Shown here: positions 38,641 to 52,724 of the stretch, piece by piece
How positions within the stretch are numbered: the stretch's first letter is position 1
How the letters are laid out: each line of letters starts with the position of its first letter
Translations under genes and position numbers: made by a program
NCBI GenBank assembly: GCA_000934665.2
Contig: KZ538362.1
Span: 1-64,000, forward strand
Reading direction: 5' to 3'
Length of the DNA: 64,000 nucleotides
DNA from: Catajapyx aquilonaris
Taxonomy: Eukaryota
The notes under the pieces: model-generated
Databases searched by the model: none
What the model saw: only the letters and a program-made list of their open reading frames with translations
What the model was told of the DNA's origin: nothing

Positions 38641-40074
38641 TAGTTTTGAAACAATTTGCGCGAACTGTGTTGCGCACTCGGTTGCGCTCATAAAAAGATT
38701 CATCTACAACACAATACCTCAACTAATTTTTTTTTGTACAAATGTCCTACATATAGGACACTAGACATATCTGGGTTCAATTACATTTAAATGAAATGAA
38801 TCAAACTCAAATCCATTTTTTTAACTCTACCCAAACCATTTTCACATCCAGCAAAAATGATTGCAACAATGCCATCGACCCCATTTTCCCCCTCATTAGC
38901 ACCGCCTCTCCAAAACCCTAGTGTACTAACACTAATAAGTCTCCATTTTGGCTCCCACAACTTCCTCTACACAACTCATAGAATCCCACGAGAACTCACA
39001 ACAATAACTCGAAAATTGCTCTCTAGGCAAAACCCCCCCAAGTTCAGGAAATCGCAACAATCGGGGGGGAAGCAATGTTTGGTGTTGACACTATTTGGTC
39101 CACACTATTATCAACACTAGGCTACTTTAACCGATCATTTCGAACGTGATCCAATAAAATTTTACCTGACAGAAGGATGTCAGTAATTACAATGTTTGCG
39201 TCGAGTGATTTATTAAATTGCTGGTTTTAACATAAACAATTGAGGCGAGCTGGTTTTCCATATGAGAGGCCGAGCCTGGAAAACCGGGGTGTAAACAAGG
39301 TTAGTAAATAACATTACCCCCGACAATATGCTAGTAGCTAGGAAAAAAAATTAAGCCGATAGTATACAGGGTGGGTCATAGTTTATTCGACCACACTATT
39401 AAAGGGCTCCTAACACTGACTTTCATTTATATGCAACCTGTTAGAACCGGACAACAAACGATGACTTGTGCCCCCCCGGTTCCAAATTATAACCCCCACA
39501 CAAAGACTCATTTGGATCCAAAATGGTGGGGTTATTGAGCATTTTTGAATTTGTGCGAAGAGCGTAAAATGCTGTGGAAAGCAGGTTATTGTGGCAATAA
39601 TTGTTAGTTGTGGAGATAGGGGGTCACCCTCCTCTATGTTAGGCCTGTCCTAAACTTTAGGCCCATAGCAAAGGACCGTACTTTATGATGTGACAATGTT
39701 TGTCGTTTTTGTTCCACAGCTTCCCCTGGAATGCTAAATTGGAAACCTAAACACGCGCCTTCAACAGCGGATGGTAATTTCTAGCTAGGAAAAGTCGCCA
39801 AGTCAGCCTTCTACTCTCCACCAGTCCCCTACTTTCACCCCTCTAGCCTCTAGACCCAATCCCCTTTTGTTAAACTCTCCCCAACGGTGGCCACGGGTGT
39901 AATTTTATTTGCCATAAAGTCGTATTTGACGTGCCTTCTTCAATTTTGCCCCGGCGGGAAGAGGCCCAACTGCCGCCAGAGGGGGTTGGCCTGCAAAACC
40001 CTCATTATCAAGTGTCCAGAGCTGCCAAATTATTCAGGAATTTCCTTTCTAAGGGTTGCAGAAGAGGGATACGC

Positions 40075-41300
40075 CCTTAAAGTACCACCTACCCAATCAA
40101 AATGTCGTTTGAGATCTAAGCGAATAGGGAATAATAAATATTGGCGGGAACGCTCCCTGGCTAACGGTCAAAAAACGACCGTTACGAATCGGAGATATTT
40201 GGAACTCTGGTGATGTCACTGGTGATGTGGTTGAATTGGACAAATCGTGTGACATGGGATGCAAAAATCACCTAAAACCACTAAAACGGGCACCGCCTGG
40301 CCAACGGTCAAAATTAAACAGACCGTTACGGATAGGCCATATTTGGAAGTCTGGTGGTGTCACTAGTGATGTGGCTGTTGGACAAGTGAGGCAAAAATTA
40401 CCCAGAAGGACCCCACTAAAACGGGCGCCCCTTGGCCAACGGTCAAAAACAGACCGTTACGGATCGGCCATATTTGGAACTCAGGTGGTGTCACATGTGA
40501 CGTGGTTTTTGGACCAATCGTGTAACAAGGAATGCAAAAATCACCTAAAACCACTAAAACGGGCGCGCCTTAGTCAACGGTCAAAAAAGACCTTTACGGA
40601 GGCGGCCATCTTTGGGACTCTGATGATATCACTAGTGATGAGGCTGCTGGACAAGTGAGGCAAAAATTACCCAGAAGGACCTCACTAAAACGGGCGCCCC
40701 CCTGGCCAACGGTCAAAATCAGACCGTTACGGATCGGCCATATTTGAAACTCTGGTGATGTCACTTGTGACGTGGTTTTTAGAATCGTGTGACAAGGAAT
40801 GCAAAATCACCTAAAACCACTAAAACGGGCGCTTCCTAGTCAACGGTCAAAAAAAGACCGTTACGGAGGAGGCCATCTTCAGGACTCTGATGATATCACG
40901 GTTGGTGTGGTCTTTGACATTAAAGTAGCACCCGTCCAATCAAAATGTCGTTTTAGATCTAAGCGAATGGGAAATAATAAATATTGACTGGAGCGCGGCA
41001 TTGGCCAACGGTCGAAAAAGGCCGTTACGCATCGGCCATCTTTGAGACACTGGTGATGTCACTGGTAACATTACCAGTGACATCACCAGTGTCTCAAAGG
41101 TAGCCGATCCGTAACGGTTTTTGGACAAGTCAGGCAAAAAACACCTAGGCGGACCTCACTAAAACGGGCGCGCTCAGGCAGACGGTCAAAAAAAACAGAC
41201 CGTTACGAAGGCGGCCATATTTGGGACTCTGGTGACGTGGTTTTTGGACCAATCGTGTGACAAGTGAGGCAAACATTATAATCACCTAGGCGGACCCCCA
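40075..41300. repeat. ~120/240-bp tandem array
   Basis: CACTAAAACGGGCGC...AACGGTCAAAA...ACCGTTACGGA...CTCTGGTGATGTCAC about 8 times. Confidence 0.9.
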
Positions 41301-41829
41301 CCAATCCCTGAATGAAATTGCGGGTAATTCGGCGTGTAAATCGGGTTAATCATTGTTTGAAAATTGATTACTTTTTAGGCATTGTTGGACATGTCCATAG
41401 CGCGCCTTTGTCAGCAGTTTTTTGACATTTACTTTTGTGAACATGTAGAAACTACAAGGTGCTAATAGTTGCTTATCTATTCCTTAACAATGACAACAAT
41501 GCACATTAGCTACTAACCAACTCTCCACAAATTGTGATTTTCTTTTAAAATTTTGGGAAAACTGTTCGCCACATAAGCATCATCAAATATTTACTTTATA
41601 CAAAAAAGTCAACTCGTGTAATACTAAACGGAGCTAAAAACCCAGTATTGTTCATTGAGTTGTGCTTAAAGCAAACAATCACTTTGAAATTCAATCCCCC
41701 GCCATTATTTGCACACATGTTTGCCATGTGTTGTAATGCAGGAGTACATGTTGCTAGTCATCAGTATATATCGATGAACTTTGCGCTCTTTTAGACAAGT
41801 ATCGACTGAAACTGAAATTTTTGGAAAAA

Positions 41830-42240
41830 ATCTGGAACATGTCGAATCATGTCAGAACATGTCGAATCCAGTCAGAACGTGCTTGGAACAGGTCCAATCA
41901 AGTCAGGACGTGCTTCAAACGTGTCGAATCATGCCAGAACGTGCTTTGGACGTGTTGAATCAAGTCAGATCGGGCTGGAACATGTCGAATCATGTCAGAA
42001 CGTGATTGGGACGTGTTAGGTCAAGTCAGAACGTGTTTGGAACATGTCGAATCAAGTCAGATCGTGCTGGAACATGCCGAATCAAGTCAGATCGTGTTTG
42101 GAACATGTCGAATCAAGTCAGAACGTGCTTGGAACATGTCGAATCAAGTCAGATCGTGTTTGGAACATGTCGAACCAAGTCAGAACGTGTTTGGAACATG
42201 TCTAATCAAGTCAGAACATGCCGAAACATGTCAAGACACG
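41830..42240. repeat. ~31-bp minisatellite
   Basis: TGGAACATGTCGAATCAAGTCAGA(A/T)CGTG(C/T)T units. Confidence 0.95.
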
Positions 42241-42999
42241 TTGAATTTTCACTTTCTCATATTTTTAGCACATTATTAGCCCGTCTTTTTTCATCCTAGA
42301 TTGGCCATCGCCTACCGAAACCGGTCCTATCTTCTTTCTCCATCTGGTCCTAGCCGTTATTCACGACAATTCACTTCTAAATTAGAAAACCGGCAAACTT
42401 GGCGGGAAAACTTTCCGGCTGAAACAGATAGCGCTTCCCAAAATGTACACTACGCGATTTCACTTCTTTCCTACTTTTTTTTTTGGATGGAACATGACTG
42501 TCCCCTTAAGAAGTCGACAGGTCCAGAAAAGTGGGAAAATAGAGTTGACATCTTAATTTCCGTCTGTGGACACACGAAGACAAAAAGAAATGTCGCAAAA
42601 AAAATAAGAAGCGACCAAAATGGAAATGCAATTTGACAGCAAGGTTTTTACCAACCGTCTTCTGAATGAAGTGGATGACAACAGAATTTTCTCCAGAAAA
42701 GATAGATTCAATATGTTAGTTTTGCCAACTCTGTCCTTCAAAAATCGATCTATGATGGTTTATATAGGTACACTTTTGAAATATTCACGTGCGAAAAAGC
42801 GCACCTAACTTGGGTCCAATTTGAGTTTTTTTTTTCTTTATGCGAGTCAGAGACGTTTGTGAAATATTGTCGCCTGTAACGATTCGTCAGTGAGTAACGT
42901 ACAAGGGCTGAGGATATTATCCGGGCTCATTTGTCTTATGGGGAGGTATACCATATGGGGTCGTACAGGATTGAAGCGGATGAACTTAAGGGTAAAATT

Positions 43000-43124
43000 G
43001 GAGTTAAATTTTTAATATTAAATATTTAGACAAGATTTTTTAAAAATTCATAAGGTATATATTATATACCTTGTGATTTTTAAAAAAATCGTGTCAAAAT
43101 ACTTAATATCAAAATTTTTACTCC
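43000..43124. repeat. AT-rich ~60-bp-arm imperfect palindrome
   Basis: GGAGTTAAATT...CATAAGGTATAT / ATATACCTTGTG...AATTTTTACTCC. Confidence 0.85.
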
Positions 43125-44799
43125 ACATTTAGTCTTGTAGGGCAATTTGTAATATTTTGCACTATTATAATGACTAGCACTTGACCGTCAAAATACGTCT
43201 ATCATGTTTAGATGGCCATGTTCTAGTAGTTATAGTACGTAGTAACAATACGTAGTAGCAAATTTATCCGAATTGCTCTGTATGGCTGTGCCCAAAGAAT
43301 ATCAGTTTCGTTATTCTTACTATTACTATGACTAGAACATGGTCATTACAATAACTTCTATTGCATTTCGAATGCCATTTTCTAGCCATAGACAGTAATA
43401 TATGGGAAATTCCAAATTTTGAACATATAACTACAGCGCTAAATGTCCATGGAAAATTTTGGCTTCTGTCATCCCAAGGTTTGTTGAATTTTTGTAGCAA
43501 AATAGCTTGACATATATGGCATAAATTCAGTTGTATATATAACTACGAAATCTACTCTATAAGTGGGCCAAATATGGGCCTGATATCTAGTCGTTTAGTT
43601 GAACAAAAAAAATATGCAAACAGGGACTGTATGATTTGGCTAATTTTCGAAAATGGTTTTTTTGTGGGGAAATAACAGACACATAGTGCATGTTTTCATT
43701 TTAAATAATAACTACGATCTAAACTAACACCGGGCTAAATTTCAGCCATGTAACTACTCTGATAGTTATATTTTAAAAATTCGGCAATCTGGCATTTATA
43801 CCTTTAAAAAAATCCCAAAAATCTGCCAAGTTTTGGCTCAAATAACTCAAAAACACTGATTTGACACTAATTTTCACTCCAAAAAAATCCAAAAATCTCC
43901 CAATTTTGGCTCAAATAACTCAAAAACACTGATTTGACACTGATTTTCACTCCAAAAAAAACCTTCGCCAAAAATGGCCAGAACCGAACACCGCACAAAA
44001 TTATCAATATTTCTTTCAAATTTTCAGCAACAATGCACCGTATTCAAATAGATCTTTACAATAACAGTACGAAAAAATTGAGTTATTCACACACTATCTC
44101 TCCATTATTTTTTCTATCAACATTCCAAACTTTTTTTTTAAAAAACTATGAGCCCAGTTCAAATATTAGATCCTATGTAATTTGACCTCATTTTTATTTT
44201 GGAGCTCCGTGCAAATCATATTTCAGGCTCATTTATAAAACCGGTCTCAAAGCAACAATCGACATTTTATTGCCATTTAAGATCCGCTCCTAGCTATCCC
44301 ATAAAAAGTGATTACTCCAACGCGTCACATTTCGCGTATTAAGATATTGCATTGTCTTTTTTTCGGTCCAAAAAAAACGAATAATTGCGACATAAAATAT
44401 AGTACCGGTACTAGAACCAATCTTTTATCTAGAGCAATAAAAAGTTTACAAGTCTTTTTTTTTGTGTGCCACGACCTCTAGGGACTATAATTTTGATTGA
44501 TGGTAAGGAATCAAACCGCGTTTCATTTGCTGTTCGATCGGGGTAAAGACCAGGGTTTTAGGTTTAGGTCGGGGCGGGGAGGGGGGGGAGGACTAATTAG
44601 AAGGGAAGGGAAAATGTTTAGTCATTTGTATGTGGTTGGGTTTGATGTGGGTCATTAGCAGGTTTTAAGGATGAGTTTTACAAGTTTTCTTATGGGTTAG
44701 GATTATGTAGGTTTCAAGGTGAGAAGTTGTTGGATTTTATAGGTGATTGATCATATCGGGGGTGATTTGAACTCAAAAAATTGAGGGACTCAAATTTGT

Positions 44800-46910
44800 G
44801 TGTCTGATTGGTCAGAAAATGGCACAGAATTCTGAATCAGTCGGAAAATTTGGTAGCGCGAAAAAAATTTCACTCAAAAGAATTTCACTCAAAAATATTT
44901 CACTCAAAAATTTGAGTTACGTACTCGAATTTGCTGTCTTATTGGTCAGAATATGGCACATAATTCCGAATCAGTCGGGAAATTTGGTAGCGCGAAAAAA
45001 AATTCACTCAAAAATTTGAGTTACGTACTCGAATTTGCTGTCTGATTGGTCAGAATATGGCACAGAATTCCGAATCAATCGGGAAATTTGGTAGCGCAAA
45101 AATTTTTACTCAAAAAGATTTCACTCAAAAATTGAGTTACTCGAATTTGGTGTCGGATTGGTCAGAAAATGGCACATAATTCCGAATCAGTCGAGAAATT
45201 TGGTAGCGCGGAAAATATTTTTACTCAAAAAGGTAACTCAAAAATTGTAACTCAAACATTAATCACTCCAACATTGACAAGTCAAACATTGATCACTCAA
45301 AAAATGATAGTTTGACAATTTGTAACACAACAACTGAGTATTACTTTAAATAACTGTGATCGGATTTGAGCAAAATTATTAACTCAAATCTGTCAACGAC
45401 TTCTGAACAGACAACCGTGTAGCAGATGCATAATATTGAGTATTTGATCGATTTGAGCGATTTTATCGGGAAATGTGTGATCTGGGGAATAATCGATGAT
45501 GTCTCAAGAATTGAGTGATTTGACTCAATTTGCTTGCAAATAGTTTTGTTGTCAAATGATGCTTGCCAATATTTGATTGACAGTTCAACTCAATTTTCAA
45601 GAATTTGCTCGCGACTAAGTTGTCAAAAAGTAGTTGACCAACAATACACTCAGAATATTTTTTGATTGGCTCAGTACGGTTACGTTGATCACTCAAACTA
45701 GCAACAATACTCAGATGTCAAATTTAGAACCTCAACTCAATTTGAGTGCAAACAATGAGTGACACGAATATTGTCAATTTGCACAAAACAGTTTCGACAA
45801 ACTGGATAGAATATTATGAGCGAAAATCGGAATATTCTTACGAGTGAAACTTTCCGCTCGAAGTGCGACAGTATTTTAACTCAATTCGAGTAAAAAGTTT
45901 CCGTTAGTCACACACCAATCCTCAATTTGAGTTAACTGACCTAAACATTCAAAATGACATTCAAATTCCACGCGGCAAATTGAGCTTAACTCGCTCCCTC
46001 CCCCTCCCCTCTCTCAAACATTTTGAGTGACAATACCATATCCAATTGCGCGCAAAGCATTTTAAACTCACTTTGAGTGAAAACACCCGGTGGTCAATCG
46101 CGAATTCGTGTCAAATAGAATGGCAAAGTCAAATATCAAATATATCAAATGACAAGTTGCACCTCACTCACTCGGAAACATTTTTAGTGACAATATTAAC
46201 TCCAATTATTGCCCACTCAAATTAACTCTGTTTGGAGTGAAAACACAAACTAAAATATTATGCGTAACGCCTTTTAACTGTACATTTGAGTGGAAACACC
46301 TGCTATCAAACATTTGAGGATATAATCAAAATCTCACAGAAAATAACTCAAATTTGAGTGAAAACACCCACTGAAATTGTGCGTAAACTATTTTAACTTA
46401 AAAATAGGGTAAAAATTACTGCATATCAAACATTTCAACAAATTGTCAAAAAATCAGAGAAAACTAACTCACTTGAGAGAATACTCGAACTCAAATTGTT
46501 CGCAAACTACATTAACTCAACATTTGAGTGAAACGGCCAGGCTTATCATACATCTAAGCAAGCTATTAAAATCTCCCATAAAATAACTCAAAATTTGAGT
46601 GAAAATACCTGCTTATCATACATTTCAGCAAACTATCATAATTCCCCTGAAAATAGCTCAAATCTGAGTGACAATGCCCACCCAAATTGCACGTAAACTA
46701 TTGTAACTCACAATTTGAGTGAAATTACCTGCTTATCATACATTTCAGCAAACTATCATAATTCCCCGGAAAATAACTCAAATCTGAGTGACAATGCTCA
46801 CCCAAATTGCACGTAAACTATTGTAACTCAAAATTTGAGTGAAAATACCTGCTCATGAATCATTCGAGTAAATTGTCACAATTTGACAGAAAAGTACGAC
46901 GTAACTCAAA
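44800..46910. repeat. ACTCAAA/TTTGAGT-rich arrays (~115-bp units at 44800-45240; ~60/120-bp units at 46250-46910)
   Basis: ATTGGTCAGAA.ATGGCACA.AATTC.GAATCA four times; AACTCAAAATTTGAGTGAAA palindromic modules. Confidence 0.85.
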
Positions 46911-47787
46911 ATGCCCCCGACACCACTGAACCGGCTTGACAATTGGTCCTTTCGAATATCCCGGCACTGTCACACGACACACACACACACACCCACCCAC
47001 ACATGGTACATACCGGCAGCGTCGTTGGCAAAAAGTAGAAGACAAGCGGCCAATAGATACGCCGCAAACCAGGACCATCCGCACTTCCATCCAATGAATC
47101 GCATGTTTCGGCTGGGCATCGGGCCGGTCTATTTTTGTTAACCCCAGGTCATTAGCTAGGTCACATTCACGTGACCTGGCTCATGGTCCCGAGGCTGTAT
47201 CCGGTTAGACATTTGACCTTCACAATTATGGGTAGATATGTTAACTTTTTTTCACAGTTGAGAGGTCAGGGGTTATGGGTCAAACCGCAAGGGGGGGGGT
47301 CAAACACCGTTTTGGTTAAGAGCGTTCTTTTCCCGCCCTGACAGGCAGAGTGGGAGCGGGCAACTGGCGCGCCAACTCGGGACTCACCCCAAAAGAGGAC
47401 TTTGTGACCGACCAATGATGGCGCGAGCCCATCCTCCTCTCCCCACTTCTCCCCCCCTATTCCCTACTCCCTCCAACCCATGCGACTGCGGGCCTCCTCC
47501 TCCTCCTCCTCCTCCCTAAAACCCTGCCCGTAGCCTTAATTCTGATTTGCGCAGCATCAGATATGACATCAAGCAAAGGGGGCGGGTAGCACAGGTTTTT
47601 TTTTAAGGGGGAAGGAGGAGGTGGGAAGAGTGGGAAGGAGGAGGAGAAGGAGAAGATGTCCCTTAGGGTGAGGCTGGATGGTTGTCACCGGGTCTGGATC
47701 AGAGGGGAGCATTTGTTGACCACTCACAACATTGGTAATCATGTTGGATGAATTTTTAAGCTATTAGCTAATAGCTACTACAATAAT

Positions 47788-48186
47788 ACAGTTGACTCCG
47801 GATATAACATACTTCAATGGGCAGCGGGGAAGTCTGTTATAGCCGAGGTATGTTATAATATGCTGATATAACAAACTGCAATGAACTGCGGGGAAGTCTG
47901 TTATAACCGATGTCAGTTATAGCCAAATCGCCACTTTTGCAGCGAATACACATGCTCTCTGCTTTCCATATGCGGATGTGACAGGCTTGAATGGACCGCG
48001 GGAAAAAGTCTACTATAACCGAGGTCTGTTATAGCCAAATCGTCACTTTTGCAACGAATACACATGCTCTATGCTTTCCATATGCGGATGTAACAGACTT
48101 GAATGGACCGCGGGGAAGTCTGTTATAACCGATGTCTGTTATAGCCAAATCGCCACTTTTGCAACGAATATACAAGCTCTCTGCTT
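47788..48186 (+). mobile_element. pogo/Tigger-like left end with ~118-bp internal tandem units
   Basis: Starts TA-CAGTTGACTCCGGATATAAC; GCGGGGAAGTCTGTTATAACCGA units; right end not seen. Confidence 0.5.
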
Positions 48187-48693
48187 TTCCATGTCAGTGG
48201 GACCCCCTTTGTACCCTTGATGTGGCGGATTTGAATGATATTCACAGGTTATGATGACCTAGTGCTGATAAAACATTGTACCAAAGCGTTTTGAAAAATA
48301 TTGATTTTTGCCGAAGTGAAATTTTAAATTCGTTTGTTAAAAATGCTTAAATTTTAAAATCGAAACATTAAATTAAATTTTAAATTTAAAGATTTTAACA
48401 AACTAAATTTAAATTTCACATTTTACCATGGCGTACGCTTCTACCAGTATTATTTTCTGAGTACAATGACACCGAATTCACTTCTGTTTCTTTATTAGTT
48501 CCAGAGAAAAAGCCAAAAGAAGAAGAGTCTGTAACGAAATTATCACTCCCCCAAAAATCGGCAAAAATCAATATTTTTTTCAAAACGCTTTGGTACAATG
48601 TTTTAGCAGCGCTAGGTCACCATAACCTGTGAATATCATTCAAATCCGCCACATCAAGGGTACAAAGGGGGTCCCACTGACATGGAATGACCC
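48187..48693. mobile_element. MITE with ~125-bp TIRs
   Basis: 48187-48313 is the reverse complement of ~48558-48687; right end reads GGGTCATTCCATGTCA on the minus strand, left end lacks the terminal bases. Confidence 0.9.
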
Positions 48694-48726
<33 letters not shown>

Positions 48727-48917
48727 CAGCAGCTTATGAAATAGCTGTTTTATTATTATTAGCCTAGGAAATAGCTGTTTCATCATCATCATCATCATTA
48801 TTATTATTAGCTTATGAAATAGCTGTTTTATTATTATTAGCCTATGAAATAGCTGTTTCATCATCATCATCATCATCATCATTATTATTATTAGCTTATG
48901 AAATAGCTGTTTCATCA

Positions 48918-48959
<42 letters not shown>

Positions 48960-49555
48960 GCTTATGAAATAGCTGTTTTATTATTATTAGCTTATGAACA
49001 GAGGTGGACACAGCTAACTTTCGATAACAGCTAACTTGCTCAGAAAAACTATGGACATCACCAAATCGTTAATTCTTAACAGCTAGAAAGGTTAGTGGAA
49101 ACCCCCCTAATCATTCTAGCTGTTTATCATTAGCAATTTAGCGCCGCCCATGGTTCACTAACCGAATTAGCTGTTAGCGGAAGTTAGCTGAGCTAAAATG
49201 TCGGTTAGCTTGCCCAGCTCTGCTTATGAAATAGCTGTTTTAATATTAGCTTATGAATGAGCTGTTTCATTAGTATTATTATTAGCTTATGAAATAGCTG
49301 TTTTAATATTAGCTGATAAAGTAGCTGTTTCACCATCATCATCATCATCATCATCATCATTATCATCATTATCATTATTATTATTAGCTTATGAAATAGC
49401 TGTTTTATTATTATTAGCTTATGAAATAGCTGTTTTATTATTATTAGCTAATGAAATAGCTGTTTTATTATTATTAGCTTATGAAATAGCTGTTTTATTA
49501 TTATTAGCTTATGAAATAGCTGTTTTAATATTAGCTGATAAAATAGCTGTTTCAC

Positions 49556-49600
<45 letters not shown>

Positions 49601-49656
49601 TATTATTATTAGCTTATGAAGTAGCTGTTTTAATATTAGCTGATAAAATAGTTGTT

Positions 49657-49727
<71 letters not shown>

Positions 49728-49790
49728 GTTATTATTATTAGCTGAAGAAATAGCTCTGTCATTATTATTAGGTTATGAAGTAGCAGCTTA
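48694..49790. repeat. Compound (TTA)n/(TCA)n minisatellite punctuated by GCTTATGAAATAGCTGTTT
   Basis: Direct reading; explains the poly-I/poly-M ORFs. Confidence 0.95.
48999..49222 (+). mobile_element. hAT-type MITE family B, copy 1
   Basis: Ends CAGAGGTGG / CCAGCTCTG; 8-bp TSD CTTATGAA at 48991 and 49223. Confidence 0.9.
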
Positions 49791-50394
49791 ATGAATAATT
49801 GCTTATATCCGGTTTCACACTCCAGTTGGACGATTCGTGAGTTGCGACATCTAGTGTTGCATGTTTCCTCTCTGGGTACATTTTAGAATTTCTGTGTGCA
49901 GCAGTGTGAGCGCATGCGTGTGGGTTCCCATAAGTGCGGAGTGAGCGCTGTTGGGCATATTCGGACTAATTGCAGTGGGTTTGCAGGTCGAGACCCAACC
50001 CTCCTAATTTGCGTGGCTTCCGTCCCTCCAGCTATGATAAGTGTGTGCCCGCAGATTCCCCAAAAACCCCTCCCCTCCCTCCCTCCCTCCCTGGTTTAGG
50101 TGGGGAGAGGCGGGGGGGAGGGAGGGTCATAACAGTGGGAGGAGGGGGGGGGGGTTTGCTGATAAGGGCCAAGTTCCATAACAAGTTATCCGGGCGGGGA
50201 AGCTCTATTGCTCTTGTTCACGGGGGCCTCAGAGCAAGTCGTTCGGAAAATGCGGATGTCCAAAAAGTTTTTGGGGAGGAGGTGGGGAGAGGAGGGGGAA
50301 GGGAGGGTTTTTTTTGAGGGGGAGACATACCGGTTGGAGTACGGGAAAGTGGTTATATAACACTTGGTGTCAAGTATTACAGTCAGAAAAAAAA

Positions 50395-50640
50395 ATTCGG
50401 CCAAAATATTTTCGTCCAAAAATTTTGTCCAAAAAAAGTTCGTCCTATGGAATTGTCCGAATAATATTTGGTCCAAAAATGTTCATTTATCGATATTTTG
50501 TTTTCGTCCAAAAATATTTCGTCCGATGGAATATTGTCCGAATGACATTTGGTCGGAAAATGTCCATTTCAGACATTTTGTTATTGTCCGATGAAATTTT
50601 GTCCGACGGAATTTTAGCTCAATCAACCGTTTCGTCCAAA
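50395..50640 (+). repeat. TT(C/T)GTCC(A/G)A-module array
   Basis: Related, in opposite orientation, to GGACGAAA arrays at ~55880 and 56420-56965. Confidence 0.75.
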
Positions 50641-50649
50641 CGTCGTGTG

Positions 50650-51035
50650 AGGCTACCTGCTTTATAAACAGTCGTGGGACAGCCTAGGACACGGCTAGTC
50701 TGTGTAAAGAGTCGTGAGACAGCTCAGGACGAGGCTAAGTCTGTATAGGCAGTCGTGGAACAGGCTAGGACACGGCTAGTCTGTGTAAACAGTCGTGAGA
50801 CAGCTCAGGACGAGGCTAAGTCTGTATAGACAGTCGTGGAACAGGCTAGGACACGTCTAGTCTGTATAAACAGTCGTGGGACAACTCAGGACGAGGCAAG
50901 TCTGTGTAAACAGTCGTGGGACAGCGTCGGCGCGGCTAGTCTGTATAAACAGTCGTGGGACAGCCTCGGACGCGGCTAGTCTGTATAAACAGTCGTGAAA
51001 CAGCCTAGGATACGGCTAGTCTGTATAAACAGGCT
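50650..51035 (+). repeat. ~39-bp minisatellite of the GAGGCTAG family
   Basis: AAACAGTCGTGGGACAGCCTAGGACACGGCTAGTCTGT about 9 times. Confidence 0.95.
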
Positions 51036-51785
51036 ATGAGCAGCCAGAGGGGTCAGGTGTGATGACTTAATGAGGTCAAATCTCATCCTTTTACATCCCG
51101 CTCACCTGTAACCACCACTCTCTAAATCATTGGGTCTTCCAGCATTCAAATCACTTCATATTTCCACTCCTACCGCTAGATAGCCCATCGCCTCTCCTGC
51201 CATCTACCGGCCTCAAATTTTCTTTCTAAAAAAAAGTTCCTTTTAATTACCTGTCCCTCCATTTTGTATCCATAACGACCCACTTGGCACATCCAATCTT
51301 GAACTTTTTGAGCAACAAAGGTCTCTTCTTTTGGTGACCAGATAGTTAATAACCATTAAGTCTAGATGTTCTTAGTGGGGGGCGACAAAAGGGTCTTAAA
51401 TTTTACTCCTACTTTTCTTTCTTCTTTTTCTCCTGAACTTTAGATTTCGAACCCACTGGAACTGTTCCAATTTAATCAGTGGATTGGCCAAAGGTGCCAG
51501 CAAGTTCTAACCAGAAACCGGATGGCCTAACGACATCAGCGCCAGTTTCAATCATTGGCTTAGGACTTAAATGGAAAGGAAGACGTACAAATGAAAATTA
51601 GCTGGGAGCTTCTGTCTAAAACCTAGGACCAGAGTGAAAATCACTCAGTGAAACCGGTTGTAAATTATGAATATGGGCCATTTTGTTGTTAATTTTGTAT
51701 ATTATTATCGTAGATCAGCTTAAATATGACTATTACGTGTCTGTGTTATTGGAGAGTCAGGCCTGGGTAGAGGCTACCTGTTTTG

Positions 51786-52004
51786 CAGAGCTGGACAAGC
51801 TAACAGGTTTTTTTTTAAAAGTTCCGCTAACGGCTAATTCGGTTAGTAAACCGTGGGTGGCGCTAAATCGCTAATGGTAAACTGCTAGACCGGTTAGGGG
51901 ATTTCCACTAACCTATATAGCTGATTAGCATTAGTGATTTAGCTGTGTCCATGGTTTTACTGTGCAAGTTAGCTGTTATCAAAAGTTAGCTGTGCCCACC
52001 TCTG
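51786..52004 (-). mobile_element. hAT-type MITE family B, copy 2
   Basis: Reverse-complement homolog of 48999-49222; TSD CTGTTTTG / CTGCTTTG (7 of 8). Confidence 0.85.
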
Positions 52005-52724
52005 CTGCTTTGTGACAAGTCGTGTTGCAGCCTAAGTGGAGGCTAATCTGAATAAACATGTCGTTAGTCACCAGTGTTTGCTTAGACCATAAGTGACCCT
52101 TTGGAGGTTACAGGTGATGACCTAGGGAGGCTATAATTTATCTCACCTACGTAGAGGCTACCTACTTTGTAGTCAGTCGTGAGAATGCCTAATGGAGGCT
52201 AGTCGGATTAAACGTGTATGCAAGTGCAACCAGTGTATTGTTGGACAACTACGAACTACCATGGTGCTGGGTGACCATTTTGAGGTCACAGGGAGGTCAC
52301 AGGGAGGTCAGAACTCACACAAACAATAAAGTGGACATGGGTGGAGACTACCTGATTTGTAACCAGTCGTGTGACGGCCTAATTGGCGGCTAGTTTGATA
52401 GAACAGATTTGGTCACAGTGATGACCTAGGGAGGTCAGATATTACCAAAACAATAGCTTTGACGGTTGACCTGGATGGAGGATACCTGCTCTGTAACAAG
52501 CATAAGTCGAGGCTAGTCTGAATAATTAACAGTCTTTGTGCACGTCCACGACCCTAGATGACCTAGTGAGGTCAATCACAATGACCTGGGGAGGTCAGCC
52601 ATCACCCAGGTAGCACGAGTATCTAGGAAATATCCCAGAGACGTCTATGGGGATCCAGTGAGGAGCCTTGGATAATTGGATATCCTGTGGATATCCCCCA
52701 GACATCCACAAATATGCATATTGT

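Noticed and set aside
39161..39173. 12-nt partial match to miR-8/200 (minus strand CTGTCAGGTAAA)
   Set aside because: The seed is missing and there is no hairpin; I also saw no match to miR-10, miR-993 or iab-4, so a Hox-cluster assignment is unsupported.
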